From Marsupella aquatica (Eukaryota; Plantae; Marchantiophyta), in the NCBI GenBank assembly GCA_973895155.1, contig OZ316893.1, positions 21,684,955-21,748,954 on the forward strand: DNA of 64,000 nucleotides. Reading direction: 5' to 3'. The position numbers were made by a program, and so were the translations under genes. Below the pieces are notes generated by a model, which saw only the letters and a list, made by a program, of their open reading frames with translations, was not told where the DNA came from and did not search any database. Below, piece after piece: positions 1 to 12,500 of this stretch (its first letter is position 1; every line of letters starts with the position of its first letter).

Positions 1-3000
1 TCCATCAATCTTGACTAGCTCAAAAGTTTTATCAGACACTACTTGCCTGATAAAATGGTACCTGATATCAATGTGCTTCACCCTGCTATCCATCACCTGG
101 TTAGCAGCCAAGTGAAGAGCACTCTGACTATCACAGTTTAGAGTCATTTTTCCATGCTTTAAACCCATCTCCGCGATCAACTTATCCAACCAAATTGCTT
201 CATTTGCAGCTTCTGCTGCTGCAACATACTCTGCTTCTGTAGTAGACTGAGCTATGCACTTCTGAAAGGTAGATTTCCAACTGATACATCCTCCTCCAAG
301 AGTGTATACAAACCCAGTTGTAGATCTCCTTGTATCCAGACAGCCTCCATAGTCAGAATCTACATAGCCAACTAACGTTCTATTTGATCTGTTATCAAAT
401 AGTAATCCATAGTCCTGTGTTCCCTTCAGATACCTGAGAATCCACTTCACAGCTGCCCAATGTATCTTCCCTGGATTTGACATGAATTTGCTAACCTTGC
501 CCATCGCTAGGGCCAAGTCAGACCTAGTACAAGTCATCAAATACATCTGACTGCCTACTGCCTTCTCATAAGGAATCTTAGCCATCAGACCTTTCTCCAC
601 AGCATCCGTAGGAGAGAAAGCTAATGATAACTTGAAATGTGAAGCTAAAGGAATACTCATTGGCTTACAATTTTCCATGTTGAATCGTGCAAGTACTTTC
701 CTCGCATACTGGCCTTGACTCAAGCACAACTGTCCAGTCTCAGAGTTCCTAAAAATCTCCATCCCTAAGATTCTCTTGGCCTTACCAAGATCCTTCATCC
801 TGAATTCAGCACTCAATTTCGCCTTGAGACTGTCAACCTCAGATTGATCTTTAGCCACAATCAACATGTCATCCACATAGATAACCAGAATGATGAAACC
901 AAATACATCATTCTTGACTGATTTCGTATACACACAAGGATCATACACCATCCTTGTAAAACTTTGAGCAAGCATGAAATCATCAAACCGCTTGTTCCAC
1001 TGTCTGGGAGACTGCTTCAATCCATACAAGGACTTGAGAAATTTGCAAACTAAGTTCTCTTGGCCCTTCTTCATAAAGCCTAGTGGCTGTCTCATGAAGA
1101 TCATCTCTTCCAAGTTGCCATCGAGAAAAGCAGTAACAACATCCATCTGATCCATCACCAGACCAAAAAACATAACAAGCTGACACAAGATCCGAATTGT
1201 GGAATACTTAGCAACCGGTGAAAAGACCTCATTGTAATCCACTCCTTTCTCCTGAGTGAATCCCTTGACAACAAGCCTTGCCTTGTAGATCTTGTCTCCA
1301 CCCTCTGAAGGACTATCCTTCAACTTGTAAATCCACTTGCTGTCCACCACTTGCTGACCTCTTGGAAGCTCCACCAGCTCCCATGTCTTGTTGTCACTCA
1401 AAGATTGCAACTCTCTCTGCATTGCTGTATTCCACTCATGCTTCTGCTTTGAAGCACAAGCCTCACTATACGAAGAAGGCTCTCCTTCTTCCAAGATCAA
1501 AGCCATATCATCTTCATCAGGTGCAATGTCAATATCATCTAGCTTAGATGAGTCTGCCCATTGACCATACCTGGTATGAGCTCTAGTAGAACGACTTGAA
1601 GTTCTTCTAGTAGATGACTCAGACTGATCTGTTGCTGCTGCTGGTTGAATTTGAGGTACCCCAGCAACAATTTGCTCCTCTTGTTCCATCATAGGAACCA
1701 GCTCCAAGCCCGAAGCTTCTCCATCTCTCCTGTCATGAACTGCATCATGACTAATCTCCCCCTCAACCCAGTCCGGGATGGGAGATTTCCCCTTGTCAGT
1801 ATGGGAGTCCTGAGAACTCTCCCCCTCCTTTGATGATCGGATTCATTAAAGGACACATCTCTACTGACAATTAGCTTACAGGTTACTAGATCCCATAACC
1901 TATAACCCTTCACACCTTTGTGATAACCAAGGAAAATGCACTTCTTCGACTTGGACTCCAACTTGGATCGAAGCTGGGAAGGTGTAAGCACATAAGCATC
2001 ACATCCAAAAATCCTCAGATGTGAGTAATCTGCTGGACGCCCGTACGTCATTTCAAATGGCGTCTTGAATCCAATAGAACTGGATGGAGAAAAATTTACC
2101 AAATAAGCTGCAGTGTTGACAGCTTCAGCCCAAAACTTATGTGGTAAGCATGATTGACTCAACATACTCCTCGAGCGGTCCAAGAGTGTTCAGTTGAGTC
2201 TCTCAGAAACACCATTCTACTGAGGAGTATAACTTGTTGTGAGATGGCGGGTAATCCCCTGCTCCTTACAATACGTTCCAAATTCCCCGGAATAGTATTC
2301 ACCGCCGTTATCCGATCGAAGATATCTCACCTTATTACCAGTTTGATTCTCAACTTGGGCTTTCCACTCCTTAAAAGTGGCAAAAACATCAGACTTATTA
2401 TGTAGAAAGTATATCCACACATACCTTGAGTAATCGTCTATGAACGTGACATAGTATAACCGTCCAGAATGTGAGGGAGTAGGGGCTGGACCCCACATAT
2501 CACTATGTACATACTCAAGTACCTCCTTGCTGGTGTGAGTTTCAATTCCGAAGGGTTTCCTGTGCTGCTTCCCTAGCACACAGTGCTCACGAAATTCCAA
2601 CTTACAAGATTGCAAATTAGAAAGTAATCTTTTCTTCTGAAGAATAACCAAACCTTTTTCACTCATGTGACCCAAACGGAAGTGCCACAGCCGGGCCATC
2701 TCCTCATGAGATAAGGTTACATTGGCTTCATCACAAACTACACTGCCCTCCAAAACGTATAGATTGCTATGTCTCTTTCCCTTCAATACAACTTTAGTAC
2801 CAGTTGAAACCTGAAGGACACCATTAGCAGAGCTCCACTGATGGCCATTTGCTTCTAAAACTCCAAGTGAAATGAGATTTTTCATCATGCTGGGAATATG
2901 TCTCACATTCCTCAACGTTCTCACAACACCATCAAACATCTGAAATCTTACAGATCCAAGTCCAACAACTTGACATGGGATTCCATTTCCCATCAACACT

Positions 3001-4183
3001 GACCTGTTGGAAACGGTGTAAGAACTGAAACAATCTCTCCTAGAGCAAATGTGAAAAGTACATGCACTATCTAGAATCCAGTTATCACTACCTGGATTTG
3101 ACACTACGTTGAGAGCATAACCTTGACATCACAATATGTCATCATCATCGAGTAAATCTACCTCATGCGAGCTCGATGCCGCTTTAGCAGAGGTAGTAGG
3201 GACCTTTACTCGACAATCCCTTTTCATGTGGCCAGGCTTGCCACAATTCCAACATGCAAGAGGCTTCCTCTCTTGCGATTTCCCTCTGGATTTAGATCCC
3301 CCTGTGATGTAGATCTAAACCTGTTCTGCCCATTCATGCGCTGCGCTGCTCTTCCCCTGTTCACATTCAGTGCAGTGCCATAAGAAGATGTTGTCTGTGA
3401 TTGACCCAGCTTCTTCTGAGCATCATTAAACAGTAATGAGCTCACCACCTCATTATACAAAATGGACTTCAAATCTCTATACAAGAGCACCTGTTTCAAG
3501 CCCTGATAAGACGGCGGTAAGGAGCTTAGCAGAAGCAAGGCCTTATCCTCATCTTCAACTCCTTTTCCCAGGTTTGACAGATCCACCGCTAGACTGTCAA
3601 ATTCATCCAGGTGATCCTGCATCTTGCTCCCTTCCTTGAGCCTAAGGCTCATCAAGAGAGACTTATTGTACAGCCGGTCTGACGCATCTTCCCGGTAGTA
3701 CTTCTCTCTTAGAGCCTTGAACAGTGACGTGCAATCTGCATAATCATCCAGCTGCTTGATGATGTGCGGCTTGAGATATAGCATCACTGCATTGACAACA
3801 ATCACCTGCTCCTGTCTCCACTGTCTCAAAGAAATCTCCTCCTCTCCATCATACTGCTCTCGCGAAGAGAGCAGATGAGCCAAGCCCATGGCCCATAGAA
3901 CACCCTTCACTTGCTTCTCCCACAGCAAGTAATCAGTATGACCATCGTACTTCTCCACCTCAAACTTTACTCCTCCGAATCTAGCCATCTCCCTCTTCTT
4001 CCCTACTACCGACAGCTCTGGTAGTAACACAGCTTCCTCCACTGCACACCGCACCGGTGATCGTACTGGTGTCACTAGTTCCTCCTCAAATGGTAGCAGC
4101 TCCTCCTCAGACTCACCCTCTGATCGTCGCGATCCTGAAGCTTCACCGACGCCAATTCTTCCAGTATCCTCCGAGTCACTCAT
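1..4183 (-). pseudogene. Disrupted copia gag-pol polyprotein
   Basis: Gag MARFGGVKFEVEKYDG (ATG 3988). Zinc knuckle CWNCGKPGHMKRDC (~3213-3255) lies in a shifted frame. Protease WILDSACTFH; GAG-pre-integrase LWHFRLGHMS; integrase VHSDMWGP...LRSDNGGEY...YTPQ*NGVSE with a premature TAG at 2217-2219. RT YVDDM at 865-879; RNase H YVDSDYGG...STTEAEY...KHIDIRYHFIR. Several stops and frameshifts. Confidence 0.93.
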
Positions 4184-5676
4184 ATGAAACAATCACAAAA
4201 AGACATCTTTTTTCAAAACTTCTCATAAAACTCAAAACTCAACACCGCCGTGTAGCCCACGAAGCTAGGAGTCCAATACTGAAAGCTAAAATCAAAATCA
4301 AAATTCGACGGAAAAGTTATTCAAATTTTGGTTGGGGTGGGTAAAACCTTGGGAAACTCCCCCGTTTTGACCACCTCGGAGAATAACCAAAATACCAAGT
4401 ACAACCCATCGTCGGAATCGCGATGTGATTGGTGCGCCGCGTTGATAACTCCAGTGGCAACGTCCTTGTCGAAAAAGAACTAAAAAAGTTACCGTTCGGC
4501 GGACGGAAACTTTGTCGGACGGCCAAAAAACAGCTCTCTGTTTTTTTGGGAAGATTCTCGCACAGTCCAATAGGGCTCACAGGGGGCCGTTCCCCCTGTC
4601 GGAGCGGTTAAAACGGAGGGTCACAGGGCCCCAGGATGAGGCACAACCAATGAGGAGGAGAGAAAAAAATTTCAGAAAAACACACTCTAAAGGGGTCTTA
4701 AAGCCCCTGGCAAAGGCGCGCGTATTCGCGGCCAGAATCGCGTATAAACAGCAAAAAACGTGAAAAAACGGGTTTAAAGGGGTCAAAACAAGCGTATTTT
4801 CACGTATTTGGGCCATATATGGGCGTTTTTGGCCGTTTTTGGGCCCAAAAAAGCACATTTTCACGCTTAAAGGGGTGTGGGAGGCCGGTGTGCGCGCCGG
4901 GGCGTATGGCGAACCTGGTTTGTCGGGTATTGGGGCCGTATTGGGGCAAAAAATGCCCTAAACTAACCTTAAAAATGTGCCCAAAATGACACAAAGGCCA
5001 TGTTACAAACCTCAGCCACCTCCGCTTTGGTTTCCAATGAGAAAAGTGATGACCGTCGACATGAAAATGTTTCCAAATTGCACCGGCACGTCTGAAGCTC
5101 CACCAGAGAAAGAACTTCTGTTGCGTCACCTTCACTCTGCGTCAAGTGCCAATCCCGGACTCAAAACGACAGTCTCGCCACGATCTCTCCGTTGAGCCTC
5201 AGCACTTCGCGTTTCTTCTTCCAAGTCAAGCGTCACGACGAGTAATCCGGTTCAGGGAAAAACAAGCACCATAGCTTGTCAAAAAACCAGAACGCCTCCT
5301 TCACTCGTCACGACGCACTCGTTCCGCAAACGTCAGCAAACTAGATACCAAAACGACCAGCACGCTCCAACCTTCAACTTGAACTATCACATGCGATGCC
5401 CCGCACACCACACAGCTCACACCGTTGAAGAAATGATCTCTGGTTTCTCCCCCGAAATACCGTCGAACACGAATAAACCCTGAACGATGCAAACATCAAA
5501 TCCTCCGCACCACGGATACCGATCAACGAGTTCTAACCACCGTTAGAAAGCCCTCTCACTAACCTATCCGCACAACCACATACATTTGAGTTTCATGTGA
5601 TGAAACTCCGAATGTACCATCGACAATGAATGCTGGAAAAACCTGTCACGAAAAAACCTCGTCACCTCCCAGGCAT

Positions 5677-5688
5677 GCTCTGATACCA
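5677..5688 (-). promoter_or_regulatory. Primer-binding site for initiator tRNA-Met
   Basis: Plus-strand GCTCTGATACCA reads TGGTATCAGAGC on the minus strand, 2 nt inside the LTR end. Confidence 0.93.
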
Positions 5689-5690
5689 CT

Positions 5691-6034
5691 TGATGAGCAT
5701 AGACGACATTAGCAACGGCAAGCCCATGAACCATCCAACGCACAATAGTCGACACAGAGAGATACGTGGTTCACCTCCACATGAGGCTACGTCCACGGGA
5801 ACACACAAGAGCTTTACTGCACTCTAGGCCGACCGACCATACCAAGCATCCACAGCACAAGCTCTCCCTATCTCTCAACTAGCTCCGTAACAATGAGCCT
5901 AAGTTCCACCAGGGTCTGGCATCAGTCCTGGCTATATGCACAACAGCACTACCGCTAACCTTAGCTAGGTCCTAACCCAAGTTAGCCTAACTGTGGTTAG
6001 CACAAGAGTCACAAGACTAGAGCAATATCTAACA
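5691..6034 (-). repeat. 5' LTR of the copia element (~344 bp)
   Basis: Minus strand begins TGTTAGATATTGC (6034) and ends ...CTCATCA (5691) next to the PBS, giving TG...CA termini. The partner LTR is outside the window, so the outer boundary is inferred. Confidence 0.75.
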
Positions 6035-6306
6035 TACCCGGATGGGCTACGTCCACTGTCGTCAAGGGAAATCACTAATGATCAAATCATACATGGTCCA
6101 CCATAGTCTCCTTCGCAAAGCTCTAAGGCATATCTCCTCTCTAGGTCTTTCACCAAAGACCTCACTGTGTAGAACAAGTTCCACACTGAAACTCTCTAAG
6201 GTATTATGCCTACTTGAGTGAGCCACTCCACAAACTGTGCTAGTGTCTAACTAGAGCTAATGCTAACTGCAGTTAGCCGAGTACAAGGTAGAGGCAATAC
6301 CTAACA
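6035..6306 (-). repeat. Partial LTR of a related, older copia element
   Basis: Ends GCAATACCTAACA (6306) versus GCAATATCTAACA (6034). Shares the GGCTACGTCCAC motif with the adjacent LTR but is otherwise diverged. Confidence 0.6.
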
Positions 6307-7769
6307 CAAGGATCCTCATGTTGTCTCATAATGTTTCATATGGCATGCATATGTTTAGGCCAGGGTCAGGGCAATCTCCTGGCCACCCATTCAGTCCCCT
6401 GTAGATTCTAGTTGCAATCCTTGATCAGATGCCCCCAATGTCACAACCCACCCCCACTGTTGGGCCTGCCTTGAATATCACAGTCTGCAGGCTTATAGCC
6501 TTTTCCCGTTCACCCTTGTCACCCACCAATTGCATGCATGGCTTGACACGTGAGGGGTCACCTCTTTTCTTGTGGCCCAGATTCATTTCCAACACCTGAG
6601 GGGATTTACAGAAGGGGTTGGCATGGAGGGGTATAGGGTGAGTGAAAAACAGGGTGGAAAACTTACAGGTCTAGAGGGTTTAAAGTTTGGGGGCATTTGT
6701 CACATTTTGTCACCAAAGCAAACTGGAGGACCACTTCTTGTTCAAAAGATAGATTCCAGACCACAAATATTTTGAAATGAGGTTCAAATATGGTAAACCT
6801 CTTGAATGAAGGTGCCAAAGTTTGGAAATGTTTGGACCACCTCTAGAGGTGGTCTAAATTTTTAGACAAAACAAGCACTACACACAACATCTCCTTGGGC
6901 CCAACGCTTAATATGTAGGGTGGTAGACACCATACATGACTGGCCTCCAAATGTGTAAAGCCAACTGATCACACCATCCAAATTTAATCTTTGAGTGAAT
7001 TAAAAAGTGATGGGTCAACCTCTTGTACAGTCATCCTTAGTCTACTTGTAGGCCATGTTCTACATCCGCAATGTCACTCTCCACCTCCCACCTCAACTGT
7101 CTTGGATGTTAGGGTGATATCTAGGTTCAGTCCACTTGTAGTCCCTGATTGTAGGGTATTATGTATACTTCATAAGATACATTGATGTTTCTTATTGAGA
7201 GACATATGAGCATAATTATATATCACACTGTCAAAACACAAAAGTGCCAAATGAATCTCTGGGAGACCCGATACCGGGAAGAAAACAAGGGGGGAAACAT
7301 GAATATATACTGCTACTGAACTCACCACAATCTCTTTTACCCTCCTGCATGTTTCACCAAGGACCTGCATAATTCTTTTTTGTGTCAGGGTAATTATTAA
7401 CCCAATGCCAGGATATAATTCTATGTTTTCAGTTTGAATTTTAAAAACAATGCTTACACGGAAGGGCCAGTGTTTACACAACAGGGCACCTTAGAATACT
7501 CTTAAATTAACATGAAAAATTCTTCCAAGGTTTCATAAGAACTCCAAGATATATTGTTAGTTTGGCGCAAAATTTTAATTATGATTTATTTACTGCGCAA
7601 ACTAGGTTGGCACTAGGGTAACTCATCTGGCATTTGTTCTCACAATATGTGCCTAAGCATATACACACTAGCTGAATACCGAAGTGTGTGCACAAAGAGC
7701 CTCTCCATGCCCATCCCTGGCTACTCACAATCACAGTCTAAATAATTATCAGAAAAATGGTTACCAAAG

Positions 7770-8230
7770 GAATTGCGGCCTATGCCTGCACATTACAGAG
7801 TAGGACATTAACAATAGAATTCAATCGCAACTTACAGTGTAAATGCCCACCCCACTCATAAGAATAGTTTATATATTGTTAGGAGAGAATTTATGGCCTA
7901 TGGCTTCTGTGTACAGTTACAGTAGGTCATGAACCACAGGTTTTGATTGCATATTATAGATGCATGGTCCGAGTCACAATCATAGTGTAAATATTGAAAA
8001 AACTGACCAGAGAAATTACAGCCTATGGCTATATCGTTTGGAGTATGCCATGAATGCTAGACTTTGATTGCAAATTACAGTATAGACAAGTCTCTCTTGT
8101 ACATAACAAAATTCTAAATGCAACTAAATTACTTCCTAAAGAGTAGGTCATGAAGGGCAGACTTCATTGCAAACCATATAGTACATATATGGTTTCACTT
8201 TAGGGAGTAGGTCATGAATGGTAGTATTCA
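7770..8230. repeat. Degenerate tandem repeat (~120-bp period)
   Basis: Recurring AGTAGGTCATGAA, TTTGATTGCA and GGCCTATG motifs. Confidence 0.45.
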
Positions 8231-8299
8231 TATTTAGCAACTGTAATATAGATAGATAGATTGCTCAGGGAAATATATACACAAAGAACAAAAGCACCA

Positions 8300-8950
8300 A
8301 ACTTGTGGACATGATCCCAACAAAGGGAGGAGGGGGGAAGGGAAAGAGACCCAACAAAGGGGGGAGGGGGGAAGGGAAAAACCCCAAGGAGACCAAAGAG
8401 GCAAAGAAACTCTAAAACCCTCTAATTAGCAGATTGAACTAAACCCTACTGGCATTAAACTCAAAGCCTGGTAAAAGACTCTTTAAGACCACATAGGACA
8501 GTGGGTCACTACGAGCATTTTTATGAGTTTAAGGGTCAATGACCTCTAAACCCAAAATTTAGCACATCATTTTGGAGACCTAGAAATTAAAAAAGTCTGT
8601 ATATTGAATTCAGTCACCAAGGTCCAACCTGAGTGCAAAACTTTTGTCAGTAGATTTGAAGTAGAAATGGCAAAGAAGGGGATAATTCTAATAGGAGACA
8701 AATGCACCAAATCTCTTTCCTTTCTGCTGATCAATTTACATCCATCTGTAACCACCCTCTCCAATGTTCCAAGTTTCTTTATTGCAGTTTTATTTGCTTG
8801 CCTTGAAGGATATTATCGCGTCAGCAATTCTGGCAATCCTTCCAATTTCAAGAACCTTCAGACCACACTCTCAAAATCAAAATCAATGATCAAAGTTTCT
8901 ATGCTGCAATTTTATTTCTGATCGCATTGAAGGGGTTCACCATATTCCAA
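8300..8950 (-). mobile_element. Copy of a dispersed decayed repeat family, possibly a non-LTR retroelement 3' end
   Basis: The reverse complement shares TTTACCAGGCTTT...GTAGGG(C)TTTAG...CTCTTTGGT with 34060-34250. The ACATGATCCCAA...GACCAAAG terminus recurs at ~29580 and, more weakly, at ~31900. Confidence 0.4.
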
Positions 8951-9539
8951 TTTGAGTGCAATCTTTGCCGATAGATTTCAAGTAGAAATGGCAAAGATGA
9001 CACCACGACAGCCTTGATCCTGCATTCCTGCAACGATTCCCTTGCGCTTCCACCATCGCCACCGTCCCGTCCAACTCAGCCTTAGAACATCCGGTACTCC
9101 AACCTGTTCCGGATGCTGGGTGGACGGCAGACGCAGTAAAGGACAGTACTTAAAAATATGGCGGTAAGCGGTGCAGTAGTGAGTTGCAGGCCTGGGGACT
9201 ATTTTATAGTGAGAAGGTCGCTTGCAGGTCTCCGGGTGGCAAGAGTTGTAGGACTGGGGACCGCTTGGATGAGTAGAGAGGGTGATGGTGGGTCATGGGA
9301 ATCGGTGGGTTGATGATGAGTCAAGTGTACCGTGGTTGATTGGTGGGTGGGTAGGTTGGCTGGAAAGAGTGGGCCATCATATCTTTATTATGTCATTTCT
9401 AAATTGGGGTCCAGTGAGGGAGGAGGTTTCAGGTCCACCTTTGAACATGACCCACATGTAGACTCCACCCTCAAGTTAGTGATCACATGAATCCACACGT
9501 TAGGGTTGAGGGCAGTGTAATCTTTAAGGTTTTTCCTTA

Positions 9540-9790
9540 TTAGCCAGAGGCGGATGCCAGGTGTGCGAAAGAGAAGACCTTAGGAATATTTTATATCTGA
9601 AATCCCCAAATTATTTTTTGACCCTTAGATCTCCCTAAATTCAAGGAGGGCTGTTAGATTCTGGCTAATGGGGCTTGTGATTCGGTGACAAAGTGGAAAA
9701 TGGGACAATTGAAAAGCAATTTTTTCCAGACATGGCAAAGACTTTTTGCAGAGGTGGAATCTACCAAAAATTTGTCACTAAAAAATTTGC
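9540..9790 (-). repeat. Dispersed ~250-bp repeat (inverted copy of 44160-44420 and 44665-44900)
   Basis: The reverse complement contains TTTTTTAGTGACAAATTTTTGG...TTCCACCTC...CCCATTAGCCAGAATCT, matching the two copies at 44 kb. Confidence 0.6.
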
Positions 9791-11949
9791 TAGTTGGGGG
9801 TTCTATGGGTGTACAAAAGAGAAGTAAGTTCACTCCACCACTTGCACAATGGTTGGGACGATTAGGGAAGGGGTGTTTTGGGCGTCTCACATATCCCGGC
9901 TCCCAGCCATCTACCGGCAGTTACGCCAATTGGCTACTCACCTCCAACCCTGCGATTCAGCAAAGCCCATATGGACAGCTACCACCCAGGCGGGTACCGG
10001 GGAGCACAAAATGAGGGATGTGAGGGGAAAACAGAGTCCCCACCCCATGTTTTTGTCCAATTGGCTTAGCAAACTCTGGGTGTATGTGCACTCCTTGCCC
10101 CATGGAACCTAGCTCTTAACCCTAGTTGTTGTGTACAATGACCCATACTTGGACCTCTCTGCCGACTTTTTTTTCCATAAGTGCCTCAAGCCAATACATT
10201 CATAGCCATGGCATGACAAAGCCAAACTGACAACTATTGGGGCACAAAATTTTCTCTAAACCAATGAGGCAAGGGCAAAAACCACAACACCACCCTAATC
10301 CCCCTGTTGGTGACAGGAGGCAATTCCTAGCAGCCTTTAGGTCTCAAATAGTGTGAGTAAGCCACCTCAGAGGGCCCAAAATAGGTATCCATCAATGTAG
10401 CATCCTTGTGCATCTTATTCTGCTATCTAGCTCATGCCAGATATGACTTCTCCATCTCATTGTTGGGGACCCGTCTCACAACTACTCTCTAGCCAAGGAG
10501 CCTCCCGAGGAAGCTAAAGCATGGAAGTTACAATCTTGAGAAGATGGTCTGAATTCTGACCCCGGAACCTAGAGATGAGCACCAAGTTGGCCCGATCATA
10601 ACACTTTAAAACATGTTTGCAACGGACGTTGGGATCTCATGTTATGGCCATGTAAAGTTGGGAAGGACTTAGGCATTGCTCCTAGACTTGGGAGTCACAA
10701 CACGCCTGTACTCAGAAGCCGCAACGGGTTTGCACTGATTTTCCAAGGCCGGGGCACTAACGGGTAGCACAAGCCACACCTGGACCGGGGTGCCATTGCA
10801 CACGGGCTCGCACTGCAGTAACGCTTGGACTGGCCCGCGCCTAAGCAATGGTCACATGGCATGCGTGGATCCTGATATGGATCACTACACCCAAGCACTA
10901 AAAGGGGACAGCGTGCAACACTAATGCTGGTCTCATAGCTGCTATGAAACCTATATCAACTTCACCTTGAAGACCAGGGAGAACCTTAAATTTTCCCTCA
11001 TTTTCCAGGTCCACCTTGAGCCATAGTGAGGCTATTTCTACAGATTGTTTTATGTACTATTTATTTTATAATTTCTGAAAGAGGGGCAGGGCCCAAAAAG
11101 AAATCCTTGTTGGATCCGACGCTTTCCAAAATGCCCAATTTGAATCTATGTAAAAAATTTAAATGTGCTTCAATACTACAATGTAAAATTTTCTATAGTA
11201 TTTTTTGTACATTTTTATATTAACCTATGTCAATGATTCTATCAAGGTTATATTGGAACGTCCACCTTGGATGCTATTGGAACATCCTTTTGGCATAGCC
11301 AGCAAAAAGCAAAATTCAGACTAGTTTTATATTGCTAGACTGTTAATAGTATGACTCGTGGCCTTGATGTTTATTCTGGTCGACCAACAGTAGCATGCGC
11401 GCCATGCATGCACGTTCACAATGGGGTTTAGTAGTCACAAGAAATTTATCAAATTGTGCAATTTAGTTCTCTGAGTGAAAATATAGTTGGCTAGTAGTAG
11501 ATGGCTTCAAGTACCTACAGTATCTATCTAACACAAGAACCCCCGCTCCCCCTCCCCCCAATAATTAATTATGGATCCCATGGAAATTTCTTTCCAAAAT
11601 TCCTGGCATCGTGTGCAAGTACATCATTTTTATCACAAAGAGGACTAATGATGTTTTCAATAAGAAACAAACACAACTACTAGTGTTTGATGCAAGGTAA
11701 GGAAATATAGTTAGACCTAGTAACTATAAGAAGATCCAAAAAATTGAAAAGTAAGTTTGAAAAGAACAAAGTAAACAATGAGATGTCTTTGATAGTGATA
11801 TATCAATGTTTTCTATCAAATGTTTGTATGTTTGTTTACAAGTCTCTAAATAAGCCAACCAACAGAAATGTGAATAATTTAAAACAAAATATTTGATCTC
11901 CTTAGTACTGTCTTCATGATCTTCAAAAATTTGATCTCCTTAGTACTTG

Positions 11950-12500
11950 AAAACCTGCTAATGTTAGGTTCATTGGAATGCTCTTTCTAAAGCGGTTCAT
12001 AAATCTGTGAGTTCTTTAATATTTTATGAAATCTAACAATGTTAGGTTCACTAAAAGCTTTTGCAGCAAAAATCCTACAAATTCTAAGCATGAAAAGTTT
12101 CTGAAGAGATAAGGCAGAAATTTGAAATATATCATTTTTTGTTGACGGCATAACTAGATGTTCAAGAAAGTATAGAGCAATTCAACAATTTGTGAGCTCT
12201 TCAATACATACTTGACAAAATTTCACAATGTACGTTAGGCTCACTGAAAACATATTTCCAAAACTATTCCAAGTATTCTAAGCACAAAACATTTCATCAA
12301 AAGATCTGGGAGAAATTCAAGATTGTTTTTTTGTTGGCGCCATGGCTAGACTGCAACGAAGGCATATGAATTCAGCAGGAAATTCAAAATTCTGACACTT
12401 GATGATATTGATCTGATACGGGATCTGATAATGTTAGACTCATTGAAAAGCTCTTTCCAAAATGTTTCTAACCATTCTTAACATACCAAAGTTTTATGTA
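11950..12500. repeat. Degenerate tandem repeat (~195-bp period)
   Basis: GTTAGG(T/C)TCA(C/T)T...AAA...ATTCTAAGCA recurs near 11960, 12040, 12232 and 12431. Confidence 0.5.

Larger units (their letters stand above)
1..6034 (-). mobile_element. Ty1/copia LTR retrotransposon (Tnt1/Tork-like), degenerate, 3' part outside the window
   Basis: Minus-strand order is LTR, PBS, gag, protease, integrase, RT, RNase H, which is the copia order. RNase H runs off position 1. The lineage is inferred from the KFEVEKYDG gag start and LTR motifs. Confidence 0.96.

Noticed and set aside
6831-6858. 20-bp perfect palindrome GACCACCTCTAGAGGTGGTC
   Set aside because: Isolated; the flanks do not extend into TIRs or a TSD, so no function can be supported.
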